Below are positions 51,130-64,000 of a DNA stretch of 64,000 nt, in pieces. The translations under genes were made by a program, and so were the position numbers. The stretch spans positions 118,358,001-118,422,000 of the forward strand of contig OX597815.1 in the NCBI GenBank assembly GCA_951406725.2, given 5' to 3'. The notes beneath the pieces were generated by a model, which worked only from the letters and a program-made list of their open reading frames with translations, did no database searches and had not been told where the DNA came from. This DNA comes from Octopus vulgaris (lineage: Eukaryota). Each line of letters begins with the position of its first letter. Within the stretch, counting starts at the first letter, position 1.

Positions 51130-52423
51130 AACAAACGGTTCCGATTTGTAGCACTACATCCTTCCTTCCGTATATGCTCTGTTTTCCCCTTTGTCAACGT
51201 TTAACTACAAACTCCCTTCAGCTGATGAAACATCTCTTCACGCCTCAATCACATTTCCCACTAAATCATTCATACCAGACATACACCACATGTTTGGAAG
51301 CAAATGAGTGCACCTCAATGTAGTTGCTAGAACTGCTAAAAGTAGCGACCAAATTACAACCTAACGTCTTAAAAAGAAAAAAATGCATACAAAAAGACGG
51401 GACGGTCACAATGGAACCCTCTTTGATTACAGATCCGCTCAATCGAAGTTGGCTTGTCTTCAACACTATACTTTCGTAAATTCATTAATAACACTCATCG
51501 AAAATCTTCATGGACTTCACAATCATTGAAAACCATTCAACTGAGTAATAAAGCTGGTCTTTCTCTTTAGAATGTCAAAACTAATTCAGCTCCGAATAGT
51601 CGCTCATCCTTTTAGGTGAATACCCCATTCTAGTCCAGATTACATAACTGGAGCGAAGCAATTGAACCAGATACACAAAAATCCTCGATTACGTTAAAAA
51701 TCTAATGGATAAGTATAATCTTTACAAAACGCTGCAATCACTAGCCCCAACGATGTTGTACTTTCTCTCTCCTCCGCTCTCTCAATGTTTGTTTGTGTGT
51801 GTGTGTGTGTTTCCTATTGTAGCTTCAATGGTTTGTTAATCTTTGGATCTGCAAAGTGAATACCATTTCAGTCTAAAAGTTAACTGATGCCCTCTCTTTC
51901 ATTGTCCCTACTGAATCTCAGCTTCTAAATCCTGTTCTAAACAACTCTAATCTTCAGACATGTCTCCGAACTGGCTCTCTCTGGAATCCATCCTTGCACT
52001 CCGTACGTTCCCTACTTTGATATCCTAAGTTTATGAATGTTTTCAAGCACTGTGAGTACTTCATATTTTTCTTGGACTAAAAACTACCAGAGTCTATCAC
52101 GGCTTTACAAGTCAACCTCTTCTTCAAGTATTATACTGGTTCCTATATTTGTTTAATTAGTGCTTGCAAACAGATCTGTTTTGATGTTTTGCATACATTT
52201 CTATTTCTTTTTTATTTTATATCTCTTCCATCAATCCTCCTATATAGATTGCTAATAATTTCTGTAGAGAAATACATATCTAATATACTCTTACAAGAAG
52301 AAGGATGACAATGATTTCGAAGCTTCGGTCCACTAACCTTGGTCGGAGACTAACAGTGTGAAAAATCGAAATCACTGTCACTGTTTTCTTGTAAAAGTAC
52401 AATGTGCGCGCGCGCGCACACAC

Positions 52424-52518
<95 letters not shown>

Positions 52519-52519
52519 T

Positions 52520-52902
52520 ACAAGCAGCCGAAATGGGCTCCTTTGAAGTATCTCCGTTTTCACGTTACCCGACAGGCTGCCAAGCTCAGAGATCAGATCC
52601 TGCCGCTATTCCTCCACACTGAGCGGTCACAGCTCCGGTACAACGGACATGTAACTGAAATGTCATAGGAGGGAATCGCAAGACGGATTCTTCAAGCCGA
52701 GCCAACCAGCAGGAAACTTAGGTCTAGACCAAGAATGAGTTGGCTGGAGAATATCTATAATTTCAGTTGGCCATGCTTGAGAGTTCAGCAGGAAAGTCTA
52801 GTGACGGTTGCTTCTAATGGGGGTTACTTCTTATAGAAGTGCCTGAGGTCTCTGTCTCTGAGCCTCTCAGGAATAGTGAGCGGAGAAGGTGGATGGATGG
52901 AT
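52520..52902 (+). mobile_element. 3' end of an RTE LINE
   Basis: IQAAEM..., TERSQLRYNGHVTEM, ARRILQAEPTSRKLRSRPRMSWLE. Ends in (GGAT)n. Confidence 0.8.
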
Positions 52903-53169
52903 ACCATTAAAATTAACCTACCACCACTATCCAATGACAATCTACCTTTTTGACTCCATAAGTCAATTATATTTAGATACTTTAATAATCTAAAACAAGA
53001 TGAAATCACGAGTTTATTGCTTCCGCAGTAACGTACTACTATTCACATTAATTTTCTTTTCCTTTTCCTTTATTGTGAACTATTTATTGATAAGCATTTA
53101 ATATTTTGTTGCCTCTTGGGTGGGTCATTTTGCCAATAACAAATAGATACACTGGTTCTATATCACTTC

Positions 53170-53470
53170 TTTTATTATTTTATTTATTTAACTTCTGATT
53201 TATTTGTGTCACGTCTCAGGTCCACCCCGCAGCTTAGAGACGCAATACCTTCCTCAACACATGAGCTGTTCTAAGTATTGCTGCCGACTGAATACTTCCA
53301 AAGAAGTTTGGTATCTGCCGCTTTTGATGCCAGAATATTGCTCTCTTTGAGATGGTCCCAAGTGCAACGATCACAATAGATACCACTCTCACCTTCGAGG
53401 CTCTATTGATTCTTTTTACTTCCAATCCTAGGTCTTGGAACTTCCAGACTTTCTCGTCCTCTGTCATCAC
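53170..53470 (-). mobile_element. 3' end of an RLE-endonuclease non-LTR retrotransposon (R4/Dong-like)
   Basis: EKVWKFQDLGLEVKRI...VVSIVIVALGTI...IQSAAILRTAHVLRKVL*. Abuts (TAA)n at its truncated 5' end and has a TAA-rich tail. Confidence 0.8.
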
Positions 53471-53471
53471 A

Positions 53472-53530
<59 letters not shown>

Positions 53531-53532
<2 letters not shown>

Positions 53533-54132
53533 GGCAGCGGCTGGCAGAGTCGCACGCCGGGCGAAATGCTTAACAGTATTTCGTCCGTCTTTACGTTCTG
53601 AGTTCAAATTCTTTCGGGGTCGAGGAAATAAGTACCAGTTGCGCACTGTGGTCGATGTAATCAACTGGCCCTCTTCCCCGCAAAATTTTCAAGGCCCTGT
53701 GCATAGAATAGACATAATAATAATTATTATCATTAAGGCGACGAGCTGGCAGAATCGTTAGCACGCCGGGCGAAATGCTTAGCGGTATTTCACCCGTCGC
53801 TACGTTCTGAGTTCAAATTCCGCCGAGGTCGACTTTGCCTTTCATCCTTTCGGGGTCGATAAATTAAGTACCAGTTACGCACTGGGGTCGATATAATCGA
53901 CTTAATCCGTTTGTCGGTCCTTGTTTGTCCCTTCTGTGTTTAGCCCCTTGTGGGTAGTAAAGAAATAGGTATCTCGTCCGTCTTTACGTACTGAGTTCAA
54001 ATTCTGCCGAAGTCGACTTTGCCTTTCATCCTTTCGGGGTCGTTAAATTAAGTACCAGTTGAACACTGGGGTTGATGTAGTCGACTCATCTCCTCCCCCA
54101 AAATTGCTACCCTTGTGGCAAAATTTGAAATC
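53531..54132 (+). mobile_element. SINE family A multimer in (ATT)n
   Basis: Three repeats of the head/core. Further copies at about 20630-20910(+), 29520-29720(-), 46020-46185(+), 59630-59790(+), 60640-60900, 61075-61260(-) and 62745-62910(-). Confidence 0.88.
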
Positions 54133-55863
54133 ATCATCATCATTATTATTGTTATTATTATTATTATTATTAGGCAACTGGTTAACCTTTTAACTTATTA
54201 ACTAATCGATTGTTTGATTAATCGCTCGGCCAGATCAACCAGGTTTATCAAAGTCCTTTCGTCACCATTCGCAACTTCATCAATCACATGCCCTTTGGTA
54301 CTCCAAGTCTACTTCAGCCTTATTCGTTTATGCTATATTATTTTCCTTACTATTATCTGTCTATCCTCTCCCAGTCGTTCCTTATTTTGTTTTTTCTTCT
54401 CTACTCCTTCTCCATCTCCTCCTTTCTCTCCCCACCTCTATGTTTGTGTACTTTTAGTAATTTGCAAAATTGTAGTCTCCTTTTTATCATAGAGCCTGTT
54501 CTGCATGATTTCTGGTGGCACGATAAAATATTTCAGCCTTTTGCCGTTTTATGTGATAAGCCTAATAGACAGCATCCGGTTTAATACCGCCGACTAGAGC
54601 TTGGATGGCATTATTCGTATTATCGCAAGAATTCGTATCAGTCATTCAGTTAAAGAACATAGCCTCACTTTGTAAATATATTCATTTTTATTATATTACG
54701 AGAAGTCATGAAAATGATTCGTAGTTCTGGCTGACAAAATGACAAATGCATTATCCGAAAAACTTCGAGGGAGATCTGGTGAAAGAGCTATTTCACCTCA
54801 AGAGGCTCATTTCTGAAAGTGGTCATCTCTTCCTTGATCATATTGAGTAAAGAAATGATTGGAGAACCCAGGGCAACGAACATTTCCACCTCTATAAATT
54901 CGAAAAGAAATGTACCAGAGAGGAGCCGATACTTTGTCAGTTTGTAATCCTTCACTCCTGCTACGATTTTTATGACTTACTTCCCCTTATTTTTTCAATG
55001 AAAGCTCAATGCGAGAATAGTCGTATAATTCAGTGTCTTCTTCGTAAATAAAATTTTGTTGAGCTTAGAATATCAAAAAAAACATAGATCTTAAACTGAA
55101 ATACTTAGGGATTGAAGTTGTGGTTACTGGCAACTTCTGTGGTACTTTTTTTTTTATCTGCCTCATGCTCAAACTAAACTTTAAAAAAAACACAACAAAA
55201 CAAATGATAAAAATAATAAATCGGATCGAACAATTTATTCAACTCTATCCAAAGCCCATTTCTCTCTAGTAATCTACAACATACGAAGCAATCAATGCGT
55301 GTGTGTGTGTGTGCGTGTGTACTCTTTCACCACAACTTTCTCTCACTCTTACTTCCTGTTTCTGTTGTACCTGTATTTCAAAGGGCCGGCCTTGTCACTC
55401 TCTGTGTCACGCTGAATATCCCCGAGAACTACGTTAAGGGTACACGTGTCTGTGGAGTGCTCAGCCACTTACACGTTAATTTCACGAGCAGGCTGTTCCG
55501 TTGATTCGGATCAACCGGAACCCTCGTCGTCGTAACCGACGGAGTGCTTCCTCTTATATATATAATGTGAGATAATATTTACACTTTAATGGTTTCAGTA
55601 TTAAAGTGAAACTATTAAAGTGAAAGTATTTGACATTACAATAGAGAGGTGTTGCTGTTTCACTTTTGACACGTAATACTGACATAGTGGAGAAGATATG
55701 ATATTGCCGTGGGCTCGCACTAGGCAAGAAGTTAAAAATATTTTGACCTATGACACTACATGGACCCCAAGTAAAGCATGTGTTAAATTTGAATGTAACT
55801 GGTTGCGTAGTTCTAAAGTTTTAGGATTCACACAGATAGGCAGACACAAATTCTCATCTTTAT

Positions 55864-55918
<55 letters not shown>

Positions 55919-55948
55919 CATACATACATACATACATACATACATACA

Positions 55949-55980
<32 letters not shown>

Positions 55981-56006
55981 CATACATACATACATACATA
56001 CATACA

Positions 56007-56082
<76 letters not shown>

Positions 56083-56374
56083 CAAGAATTTATCAAATAG
56101 TTAGCGTGAAAAACCTCATAAGAGAAAAAATCCACCAATTTTCTCTCTTAAATATATTTTTATTTATATTATATAGGGGGCATTACTATACATAAATGCC
56201 ACACGCTGTAAATCTTGAATTATGCTTGCACTGAGGATTAAAAAGTGCACTACTGCACTAATTATGAAATCACAGTGATATGCAGCTGAATTCTGTTTTT
56301 AAATGACTTGCTTAGAGAGTTGCATTCGGTACGATGTGCTTATTTATTTTGGTAGTTTTGACTTTAAGAGTCCC

Positions 56375-57132
56375 TATGAATTAGAAGCAGCTTGAGGTAT
56401 ATAAGCAAAATCGAACACACGTACACAAGATCCGTGTATTGTTAGTTCGTGGGTCGGTTGCATTTTTAGGAGTAAGATAATATATTCTCAATGTCCTGGT
56501 GTTAAAACACCTGAAAGTATGTCACAGGCAAGCGAAATAACTTACATTATGTTCCTTCTCAGAGCAGCAGACATCGATGTTTTGTCATTCTTGTGACTTT
56601 TCAATGCCGCATACCGAGCAAGGCCTGTTTCGAGAAGGGACCTTATGTGAGTTGTCTCGCTTGCGCATGACTTACTTTCAGGTGTTTTAACACCAGGCGC
56701 ATTCAGAACACATACTCTTACCCCTAAAGACGCAGCCGATCCACGAACTAACAACACACCTTATGTATGCGTGTTCGATTTTGTTTATATTCATCGAGCT
56801 GCTTCTAATCCATATTTGAATTTTTTCTGTGGCATGAAACGTTGGGACATACCAGCAGATGATTTTCAACCCATTTAGCTTATAGTCACATTCGGTGACA
56901 TAACTTGGAGAAGGTCTTGTTCGGTACACAGCAATGAAAAGTCACAATAATATCGAAACATCGATGTCTGTTGCTCCGAGGAAGAACCTGATGTACGCTG
57001 TCTTGTTTGCGTATGACATACTTACAGGTATTTTAACGCCAGTCACTTTGGGAAGATGTTCTCTTACGCCTAAAAAACGCAGTCGACCCACAAACTAACA
57101 ATACACACGCCTTGTGTATGTGTGTTCGATTT

Positions 57133-57141
<9 letters not shown>
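56375..57141. repeat. Three-armed foldback: one forward copy and two inverted copies of a ~190-230-bp unit
   Basis: 56632-56814 is the diverged reverse complement of 56375-56560. 56912-57141 is the diverged reverse complement of 56398-56626. Confidence 0.88.
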
Positions 57142-57181
<40 letters not shown>

Positions 57182-57199
57182 CTTTTTACTTATTCTTCA

Positions 57200-57700
57200 A
57201 ATAAAATATACGAGACAGACGAAAGATAGAAAGGATACTGGGAGGTAGCCGAGGATTTGGAAAGACTGTTAATATTTCCACGCAAAAAAAAAACGACAAA
57301 AAACTGGACTTGATTCTATGGAACACAGAACGGAGAATTTGAATTTTGCTAGAGCTGACAGTGCCATGGAAAGACAACATCGCTAATGCAGAGCAACAGA
57401 AGGAGAAGATGTATTAAGCGAAGAGTGCGGAGAAGAGGGATGGACTGTCGAGTATTATCACCTGGCTTCATTGAAAGGAAAATGACGACTTTATACAAAA
57501 GAGCGTTTTCTTTTTCGAGCTCAGAGCTGGGGAAAGTAATAAGGAGGATACAAGAGGCAGTCGAAAAAGCCAGTTTCTATATATGGCTGAAGCGAGAAGA
57601 CCTAAAATGGCTTGAAAGCCATAAAAGGCCGATTGGGAAACAGCGTCGCTAGGTGAGACTGGTTGACACTTATGCAGCATCGCTGATTGACAGGTGGGCC
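57200..57700 (+). mobile_element. 3' end of a HERO-like RLE non-LTR retrotransposon
   Basis: DLILWNTERRI*ILLELTVPWKDNIANAEQQKEKMY...IQEAVEKASFYIWLKRED, matching the PDxxxW...ELTVPWE...AERK..KY pattern. Confidence 0.75.
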
Positions 57701-58166
57701 AAGGTAGCAGTCTCGTTCATAGCGCCTCCGCTTCTTGGTTCGAAGGCTTGTACCACCAAAAGATCTGATCAGCTCTGACAGCTGGAACCGAAACTAACTG
57801 TTGGAAGGCAGGTTTAGAGATGGCGCGGGCTAAAATTACGTGCCCTTCCCCTCCATTGGTCAGTTGAAGCTCAGTCAGTGTCACGTGACAGCTGGTGCTG
57901 GCAGCTGGAGCCTACCGGGGAGTATTTAAAGGGAATTTTGGCAGGATGGTCAGTTGTCTGCTGACATTTGTTAAAGCTGCATCAAAGACACCAAAGAACA
58001 GAAGAAAAATGGAGAAAGAAGAAATGCACTCAACACCAGAGCTGAGGACACCTCCGAAAGTTCATCTAGTTCTATATAGTTATCGCTACTTTTCATTAAA
58101 AAAGCCTTTATTTTTTTTTGATATTCAATGTGCATTTTCGCTTTATTTTTTCTTCCTACTTTCCCC

Positions 58167-58198
<32 letters not shown>

Positions 58199-58213
58199 TT
58201 GTGTGTGTGTGTA

Positions 58214-58246
<33 letters not shown>

Positions 58247-58321
58247 GTATATGCCCCAGCCTGGCCACAGCTCGTGAGCTAAAACTAGATTAAATAAAAA
58301 AATAATATATGTATGTATGTA

Positions 58322-58382
<61 letters not shown>

Positions 58383-58408
58383 TATGTATGTATATATGTA
58401 TATATATG

Positions 58409-58447
<39 letters not shown>

Positions 58448-58729
58448 TCAGGCGGCTAAGAAGGGGAATGTTCCTTGTGTTGTGTCTTGTACTCTATTTT
58501 TTCGTTGTTTAAGAAAAATGTCCATTTCCTTGGTTTTGTGTTTATGCTTTCGTTTCTCATTGTGTTCGACGTTTTTTTGGGGGGGTGTCCTGTTCTCATA
58601 TATGCATGTATATATACATATAGATATACGTACGTACATATATGTATGTATATATGCATATGTTTTATTTATTATTTTGTTATTATATGTATGTATAGAT
58701 ATATGTATATATATATGTATGTTTTTAAT

Positions 58730-59106
58730 CTTTTACTTGTTTCAGTCATTTGACTGTGACCATGCTGGAGCACCGCCTTTAGTCAAGCAAATCGACCCCA
58801 GGACTTATTCTTTGGAAGCCTAGTACTTATTCTATCGGTCTCTTTTGCCGAACCGCTAAGTTACAGGGACGTAAACACACCAGCATCGGTTGTCAAGCAA
58901 TGTTGGGGGACAAACACAGACACACACACGTATACATATATACGACGGGCTTCTTTCAGTTTCCATCTACCAAATCCACTCACAAGGCTTCGGTCGGCCC
59001 GAGGCTATAGTAGAAAACACTTGACCAAGGTGCCACGCAGTGGGACTAAACTCGGAACCATGTGGTTTGTAAACAAGCTACTTACCACACAGCCACTCCT
59101 ACGCCT
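58730..59106 (-). mobile_element. tRNA-derived SINE family B, full-length copy
   Basis: Head ggcgtaggagtggctgtgtggtaag...ttagtcccactgcgtggcacc, central microsatellite, tail gctccagcatggtcacagtcaaatgactgaaacaagtaaaag. Confidence 0.9.
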
Positions 59107-62100
59107 ATATGTATATATATATATGTATATTACTTGAAATACCAACGCATATACGCATACATACATAAAAATATATGTGTGTGCGCATGTGTGTTTGTGC
59201 ATGTCAGACTTCTTTCAACTTTCGCTTAACAAATTCTTGCAGAAGGTTTTGCCCGGTCCAGGGTCTATAGAGGAAGAGACTTACCCAAGATGCCGTGCAG
59301 TGTGACTAAACCAATGACCACATAGTTGGGAAGCAAACGTCTTAACCATACAGCCACGTTATGGTTATACAAAAAAGAAATGGAAAAGTAGGTTAACATA
59401 AAGTGCAAAAGTGGCCAGCTGAAAAACAAACGAAGATTCTATTTTCTAATAATCTTTAATAATCGTAATATTTTGATTAGAAAATAGAAAAGTTGTGATT
59501 TTCATAGTATTTGTAAGAGCATTAGTTGTTAAATCAGGTGAAACGGATTCAATTGGGTTTTGGGTTTTGGGTTTTGAAGTTATGATACAATCTTGTTTCT
59601 TATTATATTTATAGAACTTTGGCTCTTGCCGGTAGAATCGTTAGCACGTCGGACAAAATGCTCATCACCATTTCTTCTGGGTTCAAATTCTGTCGAGATT
59701 GACTTTTGCCTTTCATCCTTTCGAGGTCGTTGAAATAAGTACCAGTTGAGCACTCCAGAATTTCAGGCCTTGTACCTATAAAAGAAAAGATTGTTGCTTA
59801 GCCTGTTAGAAATAGCAACCAAATTCTTCAGAATCACCCCCACCCATTGTCTTAAAAAAGAGAGCACATTGGACACTGAGTCATAGACAAAGAGATGGAA
59901 TGGTTATGTCTGGAGTATTTTGGTCATATGCCTGTGTAATTATAGTGACTAAAGGCTAAGCAACGAGTGTTGTGAAGTATTTCGCATTTTATCACGATAA
60001 GGCTGGTGGGTATTTGTTTAGAAAAATAATTAGAACACTTAAAACTCATTAAATAATATCGGCCCGTGTTCAAACTGTAATTCTGAAAGAACATATTGTT
60101 ATTGAGTAATTCTTAGTTTTTTGACACTTCCAATATTAGCTGCCTCAACAGTAACTTGGTGGGTGGACAAAATATTTGAACGATTTACAATTTGTAGCTC
60201 GGTAACTTTTTAGTTTTAGGTTGCAATTATTAATTTCGTTTAATCTCTCCTAATTCGATAAAGCAATAAAATAAGCTGCAGTAACATAGCAGTAATGCGT
60301 GTCTTTAGAATCACACCAGTGATAAATGAGTCTGGTGGCAAACCGATACAATAGTTTTATCAGTCAGGTAAAAACTGCAATCTGAAAAACCTGGCTGATG
60401 GTTACCAACGCCAATAATTAATTCAAAGAATTTTCTTTTTTTTTTCTTTCTTTTTGTCACATGGCACTTCTCACTTCTTAACTTGAAGGGAAGGGCAGTG
60501 CTCATAGTCCTTCACAGGGCCTCTAAGGCCAGAGGAAAGAAGAGAGGAATGAACTGGTCTAAAAACTTGCTAAAGGCGCCTAAGGACTAAGTAGGGTTGT
60601 TAAGCCAGGCGACGAATTAAGTCTGTCATCCGAGTAAGCCATGGTGGGATTTGAACTCAGAATTCAAAAAGCTGGAACAAATATTACAAGATGCTCTAAT
60701 CATTTTACCACTCTACCCTACTGAACTGGTGTTATAGTTATAAACCCCGAAAGGATGAATGGCAAAGTTGATCCTGCCAGAGTCGACTTTGCTCTTCATT
60801 CTTTCGGGGTTGATAAGATAAAGATTCAGTCAAGTACAGGTCTCAATGGTATTGATTCACTCCTCTCCTCAAAATTCTGGCTTTGAGCCTAAATTAGAAA
60901 CCATAACAAAAAGTATGTAACCTACCTACCTACCTACCTACCTACTTACCTGCCGATCTACCTATCTACATATATACCTACCTAGTTTCCTACCTACTTA
61001 CCTACCTACCAACCAGCCTACCTAGTTACCATGTCCGCAGACGAACACCATCAGCCACTTGTCCCCACACTGATTACAAATTTTGGCACCAGGCCAGCAA
61101 TTTTGGAGGAGGTGGTAAGTCGGTTGTATCGACCCCAGTGCTCAACTGGTCCTCATATGTCAACCTCGAAAGGATGAAAGGCAAAGTCGACCCCGACAGA
61201 ATTTGAACTCAGAAAGTAAAGACGGGCGAAATGCGCTAAGCATTTCGCCTGGCGTGCTAAACCAGAGTCCCCAACCAGTTAGTTAAATATTATGGTATTA
61301 ACGTATGTTAATTATAGAGTATATTTGATTGTTGCAGTCCCTAAGACTAGTAGAAGGAACAGGGGAAGTTATTCTCAGATCAAAGACCAGACCCGAATGC
61401 TAGCAACAGAATGGAATCCGCTAAATGCATACAAGACTCGTGCGGTGGTGATGAACCGAGCGACGGATTATGGCCACTAAATGCAGAAATTAATTCAAGC
61501 TTCTGTAATTCGAAAAATGAGTCACAAACTATCTACAGCGTGTCGACAGTGCAAATGACTGTGTTAATAAAATACCGGAGCTCTAGTGGCTCATATCCTG
61601 TAACAGGTACGAAAATATGTGCTCAAAGTCCGAAACACCCAACTGGAAGTAGATAACGTAGATTGTGATTGTTCGATTTGCTAGAAATATCAATCAAAGT
61701 GTCCTCAAATCACGACTATTGTCTTACAAAGAGGGATATCGGACGATCAAGTGGTAGAATTGTCTGAGAATCAAACTAGATGCCTTGCAGTATCTACTCC
61801 TGCTCTTTGCATTTTGACAGCAATGCTCGTGACAACACTGGTACTAAACTGTATCAGCCCAAGTCGGTGGCTTTTCCCTTGAAAAAAAAAAAAGACTTCA
61901 GTAGCGTGGAGTGGAGAGACATACTTAGAACATTGCTAGTCTTCTTCAAGAACATCTTGCACATACCTGTACATACTTGTGCACATGCATACTCAACATT
62001 GATCTGCGGAGTTCATACGAAGATAACCTAGTTTCTAAACTTGTTTAGAAAGCGCTTTACATATGGAAAGCTATTAATGTTTTATTTCCATTTTCTGTAT

Positions 62101-62429
62101 TCTTTAGAATAATTGCATTGCCAAATTGTGCTACTTGTCAACAATGAGAGGTACGTATATAAGTTGTTTTATATTTTTCAATTAGATTTTTTGCATACTG
62201 GTGGGGGCATTGAAATGTTCTTCCTGTCGAGTCCAGTGGTGTTTTAGTGAGAGGATTGGTGGAAGCAAGATCGTGACCCGAAACTTCCTTTCTTGACTCA
62301 TGTGACATGTGCATGTCATACCAATTAACACAACTCTACAATTTGTTTAATCCTGCAAAACAGGTTACATTTCGCACTTTTATTTATCTTAGAGTGTATT
62401 CACCGAAAATACCAAATTTGACAATTTAT

Positions 62430-63040
62430 GACTCACATAAACTTACAAGGTACCTCAATTTTGACTGTCCCTTTCTTGAGCCACTTTGGTATTCTTATTT
62501 TCATAGGACGCAAGTTGATTTCTTGGAACATTTTCCTCGCAAGAGATGCTGCCAAATATGGTAGTTGCAACATCATTGCTTGTTATATCTAGAATTGCTT
62601 TTAGGTTTTATTCTAACGCAAATTCGTATCAGCTTGCAATGCTCGCTCGCCATCACGAACTTACAAGGCATCTCAGCTTCGGCTGTTCCTTTCTTGAGGA
62701 ACTTCTCGGGAACCCAAATCGTAGCTTTGCATTTATGAGACGCACAAGGCCAGCAATTTCGGGAGATCGGGTAAATCGATTATATTGACTCTAGTGCTCA
62801 ACTAGTTCCTATTTTATCAGCCCCAAAATGGATGAAAGGCAAAGTTGACCTCAGCGGAATTTAAACTCAGAGGGTAAATACAGACGAAATGTCGCTAAGC
62901 ATTTTGCTCGGAACATTTTCCCTAGGAAAATATGTTCCTTGTAAGTCACTAATATTGTAGTTGCAACATCACTGCTTGCCTCAACTACTTTGGGTTTATT
63001 CAAACACAAGTTTTTATCAGCTTGCAATGCTTACTTGCCA
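62430..63040. repeat. Diverged tandem duplication (~220-bp period) with a SINE in the second copy
   Basis: 62432-62480 resembles 62652-62699, and 62523-62652 resembles 62909-63040. SINE A lies at 62745-62910. Confidence 0.7.
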
Positions 63041-63589
63041 GCTGTGGAGGTAATTAGTAACTTTTTCTGACAATGGAAAGCATTCTGATTTGTTGGATCT
63101 GCGCATCTCGTAAGACTGTATTCTACACGCCAGTCATTTTATGAAATTCCAGATAATTAACAACACTTTTGTTCAGGTTGGCGTGTTTTTAGGCGATAGT
63201 GAAATTTAAACTATGTGTCACCACATATTAAATGTATAGCTAGACCTATTTCTAGAATATACGTGTCTAAGGGTAGTTAACCACCAGAGAGAAAGAGAAA
63301 AGAATTTAAGTCACCACTCATGAGTGAGCAGCTTACATTGAGCTTATTTGGCAATATAGCATGATAACGTCTGTCATTGAAACAACAAATATTTCTAAAG
63401 AATCTGAAATAATAAGAGAGTGAGAGGGAGGGGGAGAGAAAGAGAAAGAGAAAAAGAACGAAGGATAAAAGATTTACGGATACATGGAGTGGAGTTCTCA
63501 TATAAAGAGCAATACATACATAATATATATATGTATGAGTGTGTGTGTATACACACAACTATATATATTCATATGCATACATATATATA

Positions 63590-63870
63590 TGTGGTTAGGG
63601 CAGCGGACTCGTGGTCGTAGGTTCGCGGTTTCGATTCCCAGACCGAGCGTTGTGAGAGTTTATTGAGCGAAAACACCTAAAACTTCCACGACGCTCCGGC
63701 AGGGGATGGTGATCCCTGCTGTACTCTTTCACCACTCTTTCTCCCACTCTTTCTTCTGTTGGCCTGCTCGCTTAGCTAGCGGGGTGGCGTCATTCAAAGG
63801 CTAAAACAATGCGAAGGCATTGTGACCAGCGATGTGTAACAACATCTGATGGTCTGGTCGGTCACGTGAT

Positions 63871-63878
<8 letters not shown>
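63590..63878 (+). mobile_element. SINE family C copy
   Basis: gtggttagggcagcggactcgtggtcgtaggttcgcggtttcgattcccagacc, colinear with the 22046 copy. Confidence 0.8.
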
Positions 63879-63915
<37 letters not shown>

Positions 63916-64000
63916 CATATATATATATAGACATATATATATGTATATATATACATACATACATACATCTTGCCTGGTTTTGCGAGCGAGCGGAGATTTA

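Noticed and set aside
50827-51204. Ser/Phe/Leu-rich or Lys/Glu/Arg-rich ORFs
   Set aside because: Translations of a (TTTC)n tract.

Overview
Eukaryotic, AT-rich, microsatellite-dense genomic DNA. The SINE families and gene content suggest a coleoid cephalopod, probably Octopus (inference). The only host gene I can support is a minus-strand innexin (gap-junction protein) with coding exons at 33701-33353 and 30958-30050. Its start must come from an upstream phase-2 exon or from the internal Met at 33676; two GTAAGT-donor candidates lie at about 47308 (split AT|G start codon) and 46955-46939 (MGSDE). The 3' UTR is probably about 4 kb. The rest is transposon debris: mariner and maT-type DNA transposons, CR1-like, RTE, R4/Dong-like, HERO-like and Penelope-like retroelement fragments, four SINE families, and piggyBac-type and other MITEs. 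The most interesting unannotated signals are: (i) minimal type-I hammerhead ribozyme motifs (best at 21147-21210, also 49479-49520) within a set of short hairpin or inverted-repeat elements, most lodged in (TA)n tracts and probably Penelope-derived; (ii) a three-armed foldback at 56375-57141; (iii) inverted SINE and MITE pairs bracketing innexin exon 2. Most ORFs in the supplied track are microsatellite artefacts. Repeat boundaries were read by eye and are approximate.
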